From the NCBI RefSeq assembly GCF_021869535.1, contig NW_026262712.1:76198001-76262000 (forward strand): a DNA stretch of 64,000 nucleotides, in the 5' to 3' direction. Below the pieces are notes generated by a model, which searched no databases, was not told where the DNA came from, and saw nothing but the letters and a program-made list of their open reading frames with translations. Positions 13,171 through 24,500 of the stretch are shown here, in pieces; positions within the stretch are counted from its first letter, which is position 1; the number at the start of each line of letters is the position of its first letter. The stretch is from Mytilus californianus. Lineage: Eukaryota. A program made the position numbers and the translations under genes.

Positions 13171-14013
13171 ATAATATGCATTAGATTATATATTCAGGCG
13201 AACCTATGTCATTATAGTCGTAGACAAGTATATATGTTTAAATATATACTTTGAATGCATACCGTCCTTATTATTTCATTACATTTCAACGGAATGGATT
13301 ATCATCTGACTATAACAGATGATTGGTTTTGACTATAGTGGAGAAAAAAAAAACTTATAATTTACTCGAGGCAGAACAATTTTACCCTTCTAGAATCATC
13401 ATTTTTAGGAGAGGAATTTGTAAAAGTGAAAATTCACCTGTTTTCCAATCCTAATGAAACTGTCCTATTGTAATGTTAAGGTTATTATTTTCACAATAAA
13501 ATATTGTTTACACTTAATACCAAGAAATGCATGAATATGAAGTTTAACAACGGTTTCTTTTTCTTTCTTTTTTTTTTTTTTTTTTTTTTATCTCATATGA
13601 ATGCAAGGAGAAGTTGGGTCTTTAGTCGCAAACCAATTGGTTTTCGACAATAGATAAGTAGTTGCAAGTGTTATTTTTCTAGCTTTTAGTGTTAAATTTT
13701 GTAGTTTTTATCTCGTCTCGACAAAGTAAAAAAAGGCGAGACTTAGGCGTGCTGTTTCCGGCGGCGTTAACAATGTATTAGTTTGTGATTAGGTCAGCTT
13801 ATGGGGAACCACTAGTGGTAGTTCAATGATATTTGGTATGCAGTTGTATTGTAGTTTTTCGTACGGAAGATGCATTCAAAAAGTAATGAAATTAACACCA
13901 CACCATACATTGCAATATAACTCCTATCATTCTACAACATGTTACCACAGACGAGTATACAATTGAAAATGTCTACGACAGTATTAACATGTTTTTGATG
14001 TATCTGTACAAAG

Positions 14014-14239
14014 CATATGAACTTGGGGACAGGACAATTTTTTTAGCCCTCCCCCTTTTTATCTATATAATATATGAGTGACCTCTGTGGATAGTTAACT
14101 TGGAATTGATAGTAAATAGCAAATACAAGTTATTTGTAGTATATTTATGTTCATATGATACATAAAAACACGAAAATAATTGAAATTAATAGAAAACAAA
14201 AAATAACGGATTTTAGAAAAAAAAAGGGGGGGTGGGGGT

Positions 14240-14274
<35 letters not shown>

Positions 14275-14307
14275 CTAAAACAATTGTCCTGTCCGCAAGT
14301 ACCTATG
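14014..14307. mobile_element. hAT-type MITE
   Basis: Imperfect ~35-bp TIRs (cata.g.acttg.ggacaggacaatt.ttttagccc), CA...TG ends, perfect 8-bp TSD GTACAAAG at 14006-14013 and 14308-14315. Confidence 0.85.
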
Positions 14308-14329
14308 GTACAAAGGAATGAATTCTCAC

Positions 14330-14404
14330 CCCATCCTTTACAAAATTCTTCATAATTAGTGTACGATTTTTTATCTTCAATCCATTTCCTATAAATTGGG
14401 TCAT
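14330..14404 (-). pseudogene. FABP: FABP copy E exon 1 (frameshifted)
   Basis: ATGACCCAATTTATAGGAAATGG...GGATGGG|gtgaga; restoring one A gives MTQFIGKWIEDKKSYTNYEEFCKGWG. Confidence 0.85.
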
Positions 14405-14499
14405 TATTTGATATACTTAATACGTTGAACCAGAATAATGATTATTTGATATAACTACCCTAGATACACTCTTACACACGCTGATTTACAGTACTCGAT

Positions 14500-14527
14500 A
14501 ATAAAACGTATTATTTAATGTAAATAT
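14500..14527 (-). promoter_or_regulatory. Conserved promoter-proximal block upstream of FABP pseudogene E
   Basis: aataaaacgtattatttaatgtaaatat, identical to 4896-4923. Confidence 0.5.
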
Positions 14528-14871
14528 TGATTGCTGACGCGTTCAATGTGTGTAGATTTATCTTTCTTCTCTGATTGTTATCATGTTTTAATCATCAATT
14601 TGCTTCGCCTCATATTGCACTTATTTTGTTTTACATGTAAATAAAACAAACTTTACTTTCATTCATTTTAGACTACATTTATCTACCTGATTCAGGATTT
14701 ATTGTTGGATGTTTATCAAATAAGTATTATGCACATACATATAATTAATAAACTGACATTTATCTAACAAATAATTAATCTAAAGTCAATGACATTAGAA
14801 AACAACTTCAGACAAGGGGCTATGTTCGTTCCCATCGTACCCGATAGCAAGCTTGTGAAATTCGTTGTAGG

Positions 14872-15072
14872 GTGCATCCCCATCTCGTTGTCAGCAAACC
14901 ATCAATGTCCCAAAGATATAGAAACCACTCAAATGTGTTAAACAATGTAAAATTATGTTGGTATTGTGGTGAGCAAAATCATACCTTATCTGTGTGTCGT
15001 CATGGGGCTCCTGCCATTTACCCCAAGTGTAAAGGCGACGGCTACAAAGCCACATCATGTCAGATGTATTAG
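14872..15072 (+). mobile_element. Decayed retroelement ORF1/gag remnant with tandem zinc knuckles
   Basis: CWYCGEQNHTLSVC is a perfect CX2CX4HX4C; the second knuckle YPKCKGDGYKATSC has C to Y and H to Y changes. Confidence 0.7.
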
Positions 15073-16514
15073 GGCCTCGGCTAAGGAGTGGGTGCCGTAA
15101 CTGGCGATAACTCGTGCGAAGCAAAGGTCGGTAAGAAAAGAAACCGTAAGCATAAACGTGATTGTAAAGGTAAGTCCAAACCTACGCCAGTTTCTAAACT
15201 AGACTTTCCAACATCCGAGGTGTAACTAGCAAAATTCCAATCTTACTAAGGATAATGTAAATATTTTTGGCATGGTTGAAACATTTTTAAAAAAACTAAT
15301 GACAGAGGAAAAGTCCGTTATTGATGCTGCTGAATATTCTATCGGAAAACATGCAAATAAAAGCGCTATTGTAAGTTTTAGGACAAAGAGCTTGACATTT
15401 TAGTTAAACGCAGAAGAGAAAATAACCGTCCAAAAAATATTCACGCCAAACCCGTGAGTGTAATAGCGAGACGGGCAAGATTTTGTTTAATACTCATCAG
15501 CTCAGAATTGAAACGATTTCATGATAAATGTGTTAATTACTCCAATAAAGTTTAAGGCTTCTGGGAATTTTTAAAAGGAAAAAAATAAGTACTGTCCTCC
15601 AGCAGATTATAAATCCAAAGAATAAATGCGAACTTTTTACGGCCGAAAAAGACATAAGTGTTGTTTTAACTTACATTTTACGAGTTGCATCATTATTTTA
15701 CCTGCATGTATATATGCCACCTCCATCTTCTAAGGCTTTGTTCTACTTTAAATAATGCCTACTCAAAAAATGGTAAATTCAAATAATGTGAATGGAATTA
15801 GTGTATAATACTGTGTGGTATGAGTGACACGCTTAATCATCTCAAATTGAAACACTCCACAGAATTTATTGAGTCACCAGAGAAATTGAAACAATCACCG
15901 GTTATAGACATTGTCAATTCACCGAGATAAAGAAGATTTTAATCTTCTCAATCTAAAGTTATTACAAATGCCATAGTAGATATGGTAGTATTGGATTATT
16001 AAAGATATTCACAGGACTACCTTGCCTGTAAGTGCCCCCGTTGTAAAGAGGTAGTTTCTTAATAAATATATATATGAGTATATACGCATATGGTCATGGT
16101 AATACGCGTATGGTCCAAATACTCGTATGGTCCGGAACATAAACATAATTTTTATCGTCTTTGTTTCAATACACAAGTGTCTATACCAACAACATGGCAA
16201 GATCAAATCGGTCTGAGTCTATAATAGTTGGGAACAATCAAAGATCTGCCATCAACGTCAAAGGTTCCAAATAACAAAAACATTCAAATTTAACATACAA
16301 CAACCACTGACGAAATTCCTGAGCCTTTGCATGTTTTTGAAGTGTTATTGAGTTAAGATATTGTGTTGAAAAATTATAATATCTGTCAATTGTCATTTAT
16401 AAACCTTTTATGTTTCGTCTAATGTATCCCAGTAAGTTATCATGTATGTAGGACATATACGTACCTGTACGACTGAATTTATCTAACGGATTACGATGGT
16501 GGACGGACAGATGG

Positions 16515-16830
16515 CTGTTTAATGTATAGTGGCAAATTAAATGCATATTCAGAACGAGAACTTGTTAATGTGATATAAAGACCCTTCTTTGTAGTAGAAT
16601 TACACACTGAGTCAGATTTTCACCGTACTTGGTTACAAGGTCACAGTTCGCAGGAAGCCATGTCCTCATATCCAGACACATAATTCTGACTCCGAGACGA
16701 CCAGTCTGTTCTTACTCCCAAATTCCGCATGCTTATCAGAGAACTAGCAACTTTTGGTCTTTTGTTTGACTCGCAAAATGTTATGATGAGATGCCTGTTT
16801 AGCTTTAGATCCACGGATTTTTTGATTTTT
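16515..16830 (-). mobile_element. Degenerate tRNA-derived SINE (tail fragment also ~1305-1350)
   Basis: Resembles a recalled mussel SINE (gtggcaaat...catgcatattcaggacgagaac; ggacacatt..ctgattccgag..accagtct..tcttactcc); not verified by search. Confidence 0.4.
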
Positions 16831-19800
16831 TGAATTCGCAGTCGCATCTGGTCGTGGTGAAGATTTTACATCGAAATCCGTGCTTTGGGAGATTTAATGT
16901 GATCTTAATCTTATTTATACGATTCTAACAATATCATTAGTAAATAAACTCTTTACTAAAATAATAGGCGAGTGACAATTTTCAAAAAGACGCTTAGTTA
17001 ACGACTTTAATGCACCCACCTAACATAGGCTATATCATACATCATTCGAAAGCTTATTATCTGTACTTTCATTTTTTCCCGGTCGTCAATAATTCGTACG
17101 GTGCAATTTTCGTTAAATCAAGGTCAAAGGTCCAAACTGAGCATTCCAAATGTTTGCTATAATTACACAAAATGCCATTTTCAGGTAATTCTATGGCATT
17201 TTATTCCCTAAAATTGATCTAATCCTTATAAAACAAATTACCATGATTTCAAATCAAGTGCAAACTTAAATGTTGATTGCGCTATAGTAACAAAAAATTG
17301 CATTTCTTGAAAAAACTTCCAAAAATTATAAAATTGCAATAAAATCTAAATGTTTTCTGAAATTTGAATATGTGTATGTCAAAAATAGAATAGATTTATT
17401 GTTTATGGACCGAGGGAATTTTTTTTATCATTTTAAACTGCAATTAATATGATGTAGGTCCAGATGCAGCCTTCTAATGAAGCTTTTGTAGTTGCCCCAA
17501 AAAACACCATCTGCAAATGGGGATCATTTATTTTAGCTTTTTTTGCTAGATAATATTGCTAATATCGGCAGGTAATGATCAACCATATTTAAAAAAGGTT
17601 ATGGAAGAACTTTAAGGAACAAAAGAAGTATATTTGGTAAAAATTAGTTTCCCGATGTGGAAAGACATGTTACGAAGATTATGCTCGTTCAATGTTCGAA
17701 AGAAAACTGTCTGTACCATGCGATTTTCAATGTCAAATCCGGCGAATTCCTTTTAATGTTAACCCATTATAATATACTTTGTTAGTTGTTTTATTAAATA
17801 TGACTGAAAATTAATAATTCAGATTAATTAAGATTGAATAACCTTCATGAACAACTGTAATCACCATACTGGTTTATGTATTGTTCACACAATTCGGTAT
17901 AGTGTTTTAAGAAGATTTGTTTGTCTGTCTACTTTTTCGCCATGGTCACGTTGTCGTCTGTTTTTCTTCGACCATGGTTTGAGACTGCCTCCATATTATT
18001 GTATCCCTTCTTTCAATCAAAGAAAAGAAAACCATAAATTTCAAAGCTGAGCGAAAAAAGACAACAGAATTTAAAACTCAGATATTGATGCAAAAAATTA
18101 GTTAGTAAAACAACATAAATTACCGAACTCCAAGTGAAATTTCAAAACAGAAAGTCTCTTATCACATATCAAAACCAAAAGCTGAAACACATCAAACGAT
18201 TGGAAAACAGTTGTGATAGTTCTCTCTCCATCTCTATCTATCTTTATATGATATAGCGGAAATGTAGGAATCATCTTGTCCTTACGTCCTTTTTTCTTTT
18301 GTTCTTTCCATTCACATATCCATATGTTATTCTCAAAGATGTAATGAGCAATATTCCTTCGACATTGCTTGGCAGAATTATGGAAGTTCAAAGTGCACAT
18401 ATGGAGGTTATACGTGAAGGGATTTGTTTCATTATAGACATATTCAAATAGCGCTAAAAACAGTAATCGCTTTAAATTTACCAGAACATACCTGCTTTCA
18501 AGCTATCTCATTAAGTTAACCCTAATCTTATTAAAATTTAGTTCTTTAATTTCGTTATTATCATGCGATATATGAGCAGGCGAGTCGTTTTTTATCTAAA
18601 TTTTAGTCAGATTGTTTTAACCCATGTTTTTAATACTTATACATAACATTTTGTACGGTTTTTTTTTTTCATGTCAACTTATATCACTTATTATTGTTGT
18701 GAGATCTTCGCACCATTAGAAACTTGAACCGATAAATATGAAAATAAAGTGAGAAAATCGCAAAAAGTCGCTGTCAGATCAATAACAGAGGGCTCAGTGC
18801 ACAATAAATATCCACGAACATAATTTAAGATCAGATTACATAAACCGATTAAAAAATCTGGATAAATTCAACCACAATTTTTTCATTTCTCACAATTGTA
18901 TAGATATTTTAGAATAAAATAACTTCATTTTAATCATATGTATTCTTAATATACACGTACTATCTTTAATATGCCAATGATCAACCAATGCTTAATAGAT
19001 GATCTACTAAAATAGTAGATCGTGCTCTTTTTTTTTTAAATGCCTAAAATGAAAATATTATGTGGCAAACCTACATTGAAATTTTAATGCAAAATCATGG
19101 CCAATTAAATTTGAAATAAAAGTGGTTCAAATGCATTTATATTTTTGTTTCTATTTGGAAACTTTATTTGTAACATTTAGCTGAAGTAAACATCAACATT
19201 AACACTGCTGCGTTTGGTTAGAGGTTGCCTACTTTTACAAAAGGTGATCAATGCTGATTGGTGTATTTTTGTTGTGACACCTACACAGTAACTATGTCCT
19301 TGATACTGTTGTTGATGGGGATTGCCAGTTTTCCTTTCGAAGGTCGGTGGTTCCTTGGGCATTCCATGGGCCTAAACCATTTAAAACTGATCGCCGCAAA
19401 ATACTTTAGAAGCCAAAAGTTCTAAACCGAAAACTGCGTTTAACACCAACAATCAATCAATCATCTTTATATTAAAATGTATTTATATGTAATCTATTCA
19501 GGGAGTAAATTTGATAAATGGAAATGTATGTATTGTTATTGCGAATTGCTAGATTTCCCAATTCAAAAATTAATGTAAGTAAATATAATTGCGAGGGTCC
19601 CAATCTATTTACAAGAAATTACGTAGTTGGATAGGATTAAATATATTGGCCAGGCATGAAGAACATTTCAGTGGCTAGCTTATAATAGTTTTCACTTCCT
19701 CATTCAATGCAAGATGCAGTATAAGCAACTAAGAAAACATACAAATATTGAAATATTGAATTATCAAAGTTTCGCTCCCAAACTTTTCCCTTAATGCACG

Positions 19801-20482
19801 AACTTTCTGTGTATTCTATCTTTTAACATTTTTGCACTTTTAAAATTTGTGTTTTTCAACATAATATCGACTACATACAAATTGTTTTAACAAAGAACAG
19901 CTAAAAAAGCTATTTTCTTGCAGATGGCGATATTTTGGGCAACTGCATGGTTGTTATAATTGGCTGTTTAATTAACAAGAAGCGTAATTGCAGTAATTTA
20001 ATGATGTCAAAAACATCCTTAGCACTAAATAAAATATGTTATTTAGTTTTATGGTAAATAACAGTTGAATCACAGACATAAAATTTGATTTTCATGCATT
20101 TTTGTCATTTTCAATGGAATTTCTAGAAAACAGCGCTATATATTAAAAATCCGACATTAATATTTCAAAGTGCTTTTGATAAGTTACTATTAACATCTGT
20201 TCTAACAGATTTCCATATGTCCATACAAAATATCATTATTCAGAAGACAGAATATGCAAAACTTGCTGACTTCTTGTAAAATTAGAAGTTGTACGTCCTT
20301 GACCTTTCGTTGTGATTTGACAGAAACTGCACCATACGAATTTTTGACGACCGGGCAAAATAGGTAGTGCAGATGATGTGCTTTCGAATGGTATATGATT
20401 TAGCCGTATATTAGGTGGGTGCATTAAAAATAAAATTTTATGGTTAATGTCACTCGTCTATATATCAGGATTACAATTGTGT

Positions 20483-20526
20483 ACGCCAGACGCGCGTTTC
20501 GTCTACAAAATACTCATCAGTGACGC
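20483..20526 (-). ncRNA. Minimal type I hammerhead ribozyme motif (one helix II mismatch), repeat ~20464-20567
   Basis: GCGUCA-CUGAUGA-GUAU(uuugu)AGAC-GAAA-CGCGCGUC-UGGCGU. Confidence 0.75.
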
Positions 20527-21464
20527 TCGATAAAAAAGTTAAAAAGGCCAAATACAGTACGAAGTAATTTAGAGCTGTCTATTCTTTTGTGGAAAATAAG
20601 AATAGAGGAACAGCACGTATAAACTACTGTTATTGTAAGATCGTATGAATAGAAACACGAATACATCAATTAAGGGAAAACAAGAAGAATTAAAAAAAAA
20701 TCCAAACATCGTTGGAAAAAAAAAGAAAAACATGTGCATGCCCCAAACGCCTGTGGTTTCACTTGCGGACGAAAAATTCGACAGGATGTAGGCACTTTAA
20801 ATTGAATCTAGGGATTGCAAGATAACATATACACCAATATTCAGACAATATGTCATATATAAAGAATTTCAGTTAGTAATTTGTGCCAAGTTTAGTTAGA
20901 GTTCTTGCGAGTGTTTTAAAAATCAATATATTATGGTATAAATAATCATATGGTCCGGTGTATTAGTAATCAAACCTGTATATATTCATATTGTCCGCCT
21001 ATGGTCTACCTAGTATGATCGGATCATTATGATTATACGCATATGGTCACATATGAGTATACGCATATGGTCATGGCCATACGTGTATGGTCTAAATACT
21101 CATATGGTCCGGAACATTGCCATCTAAGTGTCTTTTATTATTTTTGTCATTGTCTTGCCGTCTCGTTGACGTTTACTCCACAAAACCTTTAATTCATAAC
21201 TGTAGCAAAATACAAATTTTTTGATTTTGATTATAACATAAATAATTTTCTGAGCATTTTAACACTATCTCAAGACATGTAACTTAAGGATTTTACTTAA
21301 GATTAATATCAGGATGTACCGTAACATGGAACTTTTTTCAAAACAACGAAAACCTGCTGGGCTCAGTTTTTTTCAATTGTTTGATTTTTCTAATGATGTA
21401 ACATAACACTTTAAATAAATGTAATCCAAACAAAGAGGAATTATTCACACACAAAAATGTCATC

Positions 21465-21518
21465 TTAACATCTCGTCATCTCAGCTGTCATCTGTATACC
21501 ATTCTCAAGTTCCATAGT
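21465..21518 (-). CDS. FABP: FABP copy A exon 4
   Basis: ttcttatag|ACTATGGAACTT...AGATGTTAA; TMELENGIQMTAEMTRC*. Confidence 0.9.
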   Translation of the reverse strand, partial: TMELENGIQMTAEMTRC

Positions 21519-24500
21519 CTATAAGAAATAAACACTTGAATATAAAAATCAATTACGTGTATTTGTCAATGAATACCAAAAAATCATCATTCCCCTTAAG
21601 GATAATGACTACTTTCTTTATATATTCAAGAAATGATACTGGCACATTTTTAGTATAACGTTTTTGAGTTCACTAACATTTTCCAAGATTAAAGAGTTAA
21701 AAATAAGAAAAAGGCAGATCCCTTATTCTAATCAGATCTATGAATAGAATAATGGTTCACTCTTAATTCAATTCATTTTAAGAAAACTGTTTTAAAGATT
21801 ATTTTGCACATACATCAAGCCGTTAGTTTTCTCGTTTGAATTTTTTACATTTGTCATATTGGTGTCTTTAATAGCTTTCTATGCCGTATGGATTTTGCTC
21901 ATCATTGAAGGCCATATTATGACCTAATACTTGTTAACTTCTACATTTGGTCTCTGGCGGAGAGTTGTCTCATAGGCAATCATACCATATCGTCATATTT
22001 ACCTGGTTATATATAAAATACTTAATAAAACAGAGTGCAACACACCTTTAAGTGACAGAAATATTAACCTTGAATACACTGTATAATAAAAAATAATACT
22101 TACAGTAATCAGTTTATCTCCCTTTATTTCCCTCATAACTTTGACTGTTTTCCATCCCATCAGTTCACTTTGTTCTTTCATTGTCATTTTACTGTCCGAA
22201 TCAATGGTTATTGTAAACTAAACAATATAAACAATATAAACATTTTAAAAATTTTAGTTCTCAGTTTGTAAGGTTTATATGATCACTATTAAACAACGTA
22301 ACAGTTTGTTGGATGCTGACAAGTAGCTTTTGGTTTTGCTTCTCGTACAATTTACATATGCATGGATTTTGTTAACATATTTAAAGGTTAAAGTTTTGAT
22401 AGATTTTGCATGCGTCATGTGGATTTTTTAGAATTAAAAATAATACAAATATAATTTATTTAGCTATTTCATAAAATTTTGCTTATACTTAATTAAAAGA
22501 ATCTTAAAATACATATAGATTTGTATAGAGTGTAGGTAAACTTTGTTTTTCATCTTTAAATCGTTCGGAGTCTATAAAAGTCGGAAATGCATTTAAAAGA
22601 AACATTCAGATATCTGCCATCAACACCCAATTCTCCAAATAATAAAAACTAAATTAAATACGACATCTACTGACACGGTTGCTGACTCGAGACATGCACA
22701 CTGACAAGGTTACTGATTTGGGACATGCACATTGACAATCGAGACATGAACATTGACAAGGTTACTGATTTGGGACATGCACATTGACAAGGTTGCTAAC
22801 TTGGGACATGCACATTGACAAGGTTGCTAACTTGGGACATGCACATTGACAAGGTTGCTAACTTGGGACATGCACATTGACAAGGTTACTGATTTGGGAC
22901 ATGCATATTGACGAGGTTACTGATTTGGGACATGCACATTGACAAGGTTGCTAACTTGAGACATGCACATTGATAAGGTTGCTGACTTGGGACATGCACA
23001 TTGACAAGGTTACTGATTTGGGACAAGCACATTGACAAGGTTGCTGATTTGGGACATGCACATTGACAAGGTTGTTGACTTGGGACATGCACATGAAAAA
23101 AGTGGCAGAGTATATCAAGGTTAATTATTCAATGACAAAGCGTGTACTGTACAAACACACGCTAACACCCGTTTCCTTAAGATTATTTTTACTCAATGTA
23201 GAATATGTTTGACCATACAGGTAGTGCATTTCATAAAACAACATATAGGGGAACAAACACTAGAGTGTTGGACTACTGATACACAACCTTTTAATATAGA
23301 CCGTTATTCAATTTTAAAACTTCTAATATCTTTGATATAGAAGGGGATACTACACATCTTTGGAATATTTTTTTTTTTCACAGGTATACAATAGACAAGT
23401 CGCATTTAATAGGTATTTTGAATAACAAGAATATATTGTTCCAATTTATGCAACAGGTTTTAAAAATAAAACATTACCCACAATCTCACGACGACGATAC
23501 ATCCATATCATGAATTTATGAGTATAATTTACCTTAAGGCCTTTCCCAAAAGGTCCTGTAGTAGTTACTTCTTCACCAGACTTAAATTTATAACATTTGC
23601 TTGGTGTTACATCACTAGATGCATCACACATCCAATACTCTCCATCTTGTTTAAACTCCAGTGTACTCTTTGCATTTCTGAATTTCTCAATCAGGTCTTC
23701 AGAGACACCTACAATGATGATGTAAAATGGTTATAATGTCATAGAATCACTTTATACCTTATATAATATTTTTGTGATATAATTTAGTTTTCAGCACAAA
23801 ATAAGTTTAATTCATTTTCTTTATTTAAAGTCTATTTCGAAGCTGAAATTGTGGTTATTAGTATTTTTGATTTATATTCGTTCATTATTGTTGAAGAAAA
23901 TCATTTTAATATTCCCGATCAATTTAAAATAAGAAGTACATTTTAAGCAGATATTTATTTGTCTTTTAGTGTTTCTTTCATTATTTATTCAAATGAATCG
24001 TGAAAACTTCATAAAATTTCGTTTAACTTTTATTCAGTAAAGTTGGATTTAAATATATATGAGTTCTGCACGTAAAGAATTTCAGATCAAATTGATGTTT
24101 CTCTAAAAGTGTAAATAGATGTAAATATGTGTTTTAAAAAAGGTTCGTTTATTCTTCACAAATTTTCTGTACTCAAGGGTATTTTTAAACGCGTAATAGA
24201 ATTTTGTTTTACGCTCGCATGTGGAAATGATAATTTAACTTATCGCTTGTTCATACTTAATAAGAATTAAGGTCAGTTCCGCAAGGGTAAGATGTAAATT
24301 ATTTTAAGAAACGCTTTATGTGTAATTTCCATATGTGCAGGTTAATTTAAGAAGTACTTATTTATCGTAGACTAGTCTTGTCGTTTAGCCCTATATCATC
24401 ATAACGAGTCATGAATTTTTGATAAAAGCAAGCATGTGGTATGATTGCCACTGAGACAACTCTCCACATTGATTATTTTTGGGTTAATAGGTTTTATATA

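Larger units (their letters stand above)
6859..14404 (-). pseudogene. FABP: FABP copy E pseudogene: exon 1 14404..14330, exon 2 ~12363..12187, exon 3 not found, exon 4 6915..6859
   Basis: Exon 1 is 75 nt (one A missing in GGA-AAA-TGG). Exon 2 has no recognisable acceptor, a +1 frameshift, TAG at the conserved Trp (12286-12288), and its donor GT changed to AT. Exon 4 is intact (TVELEGGGVKMTLEFKRG*). Confidence 0.85.

Noticed and set aside
14330-14404. Idea that the E exon 1 frameshift is only a homopolymer sequencing error
   Set aside because: Exon 2 has independent substitution-type lesions (TAG stop, GT to AT donor), so E is non-functional regardless.
23590-23630. Conserved Cys53/Cys64 pair in A/B/C as a possible cross-strand disulfide
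   Set aside because: Hand alignment to FABP4 puts the two on opposite faces of the sheet, and the protein has no signal peptide; needs a structural model.
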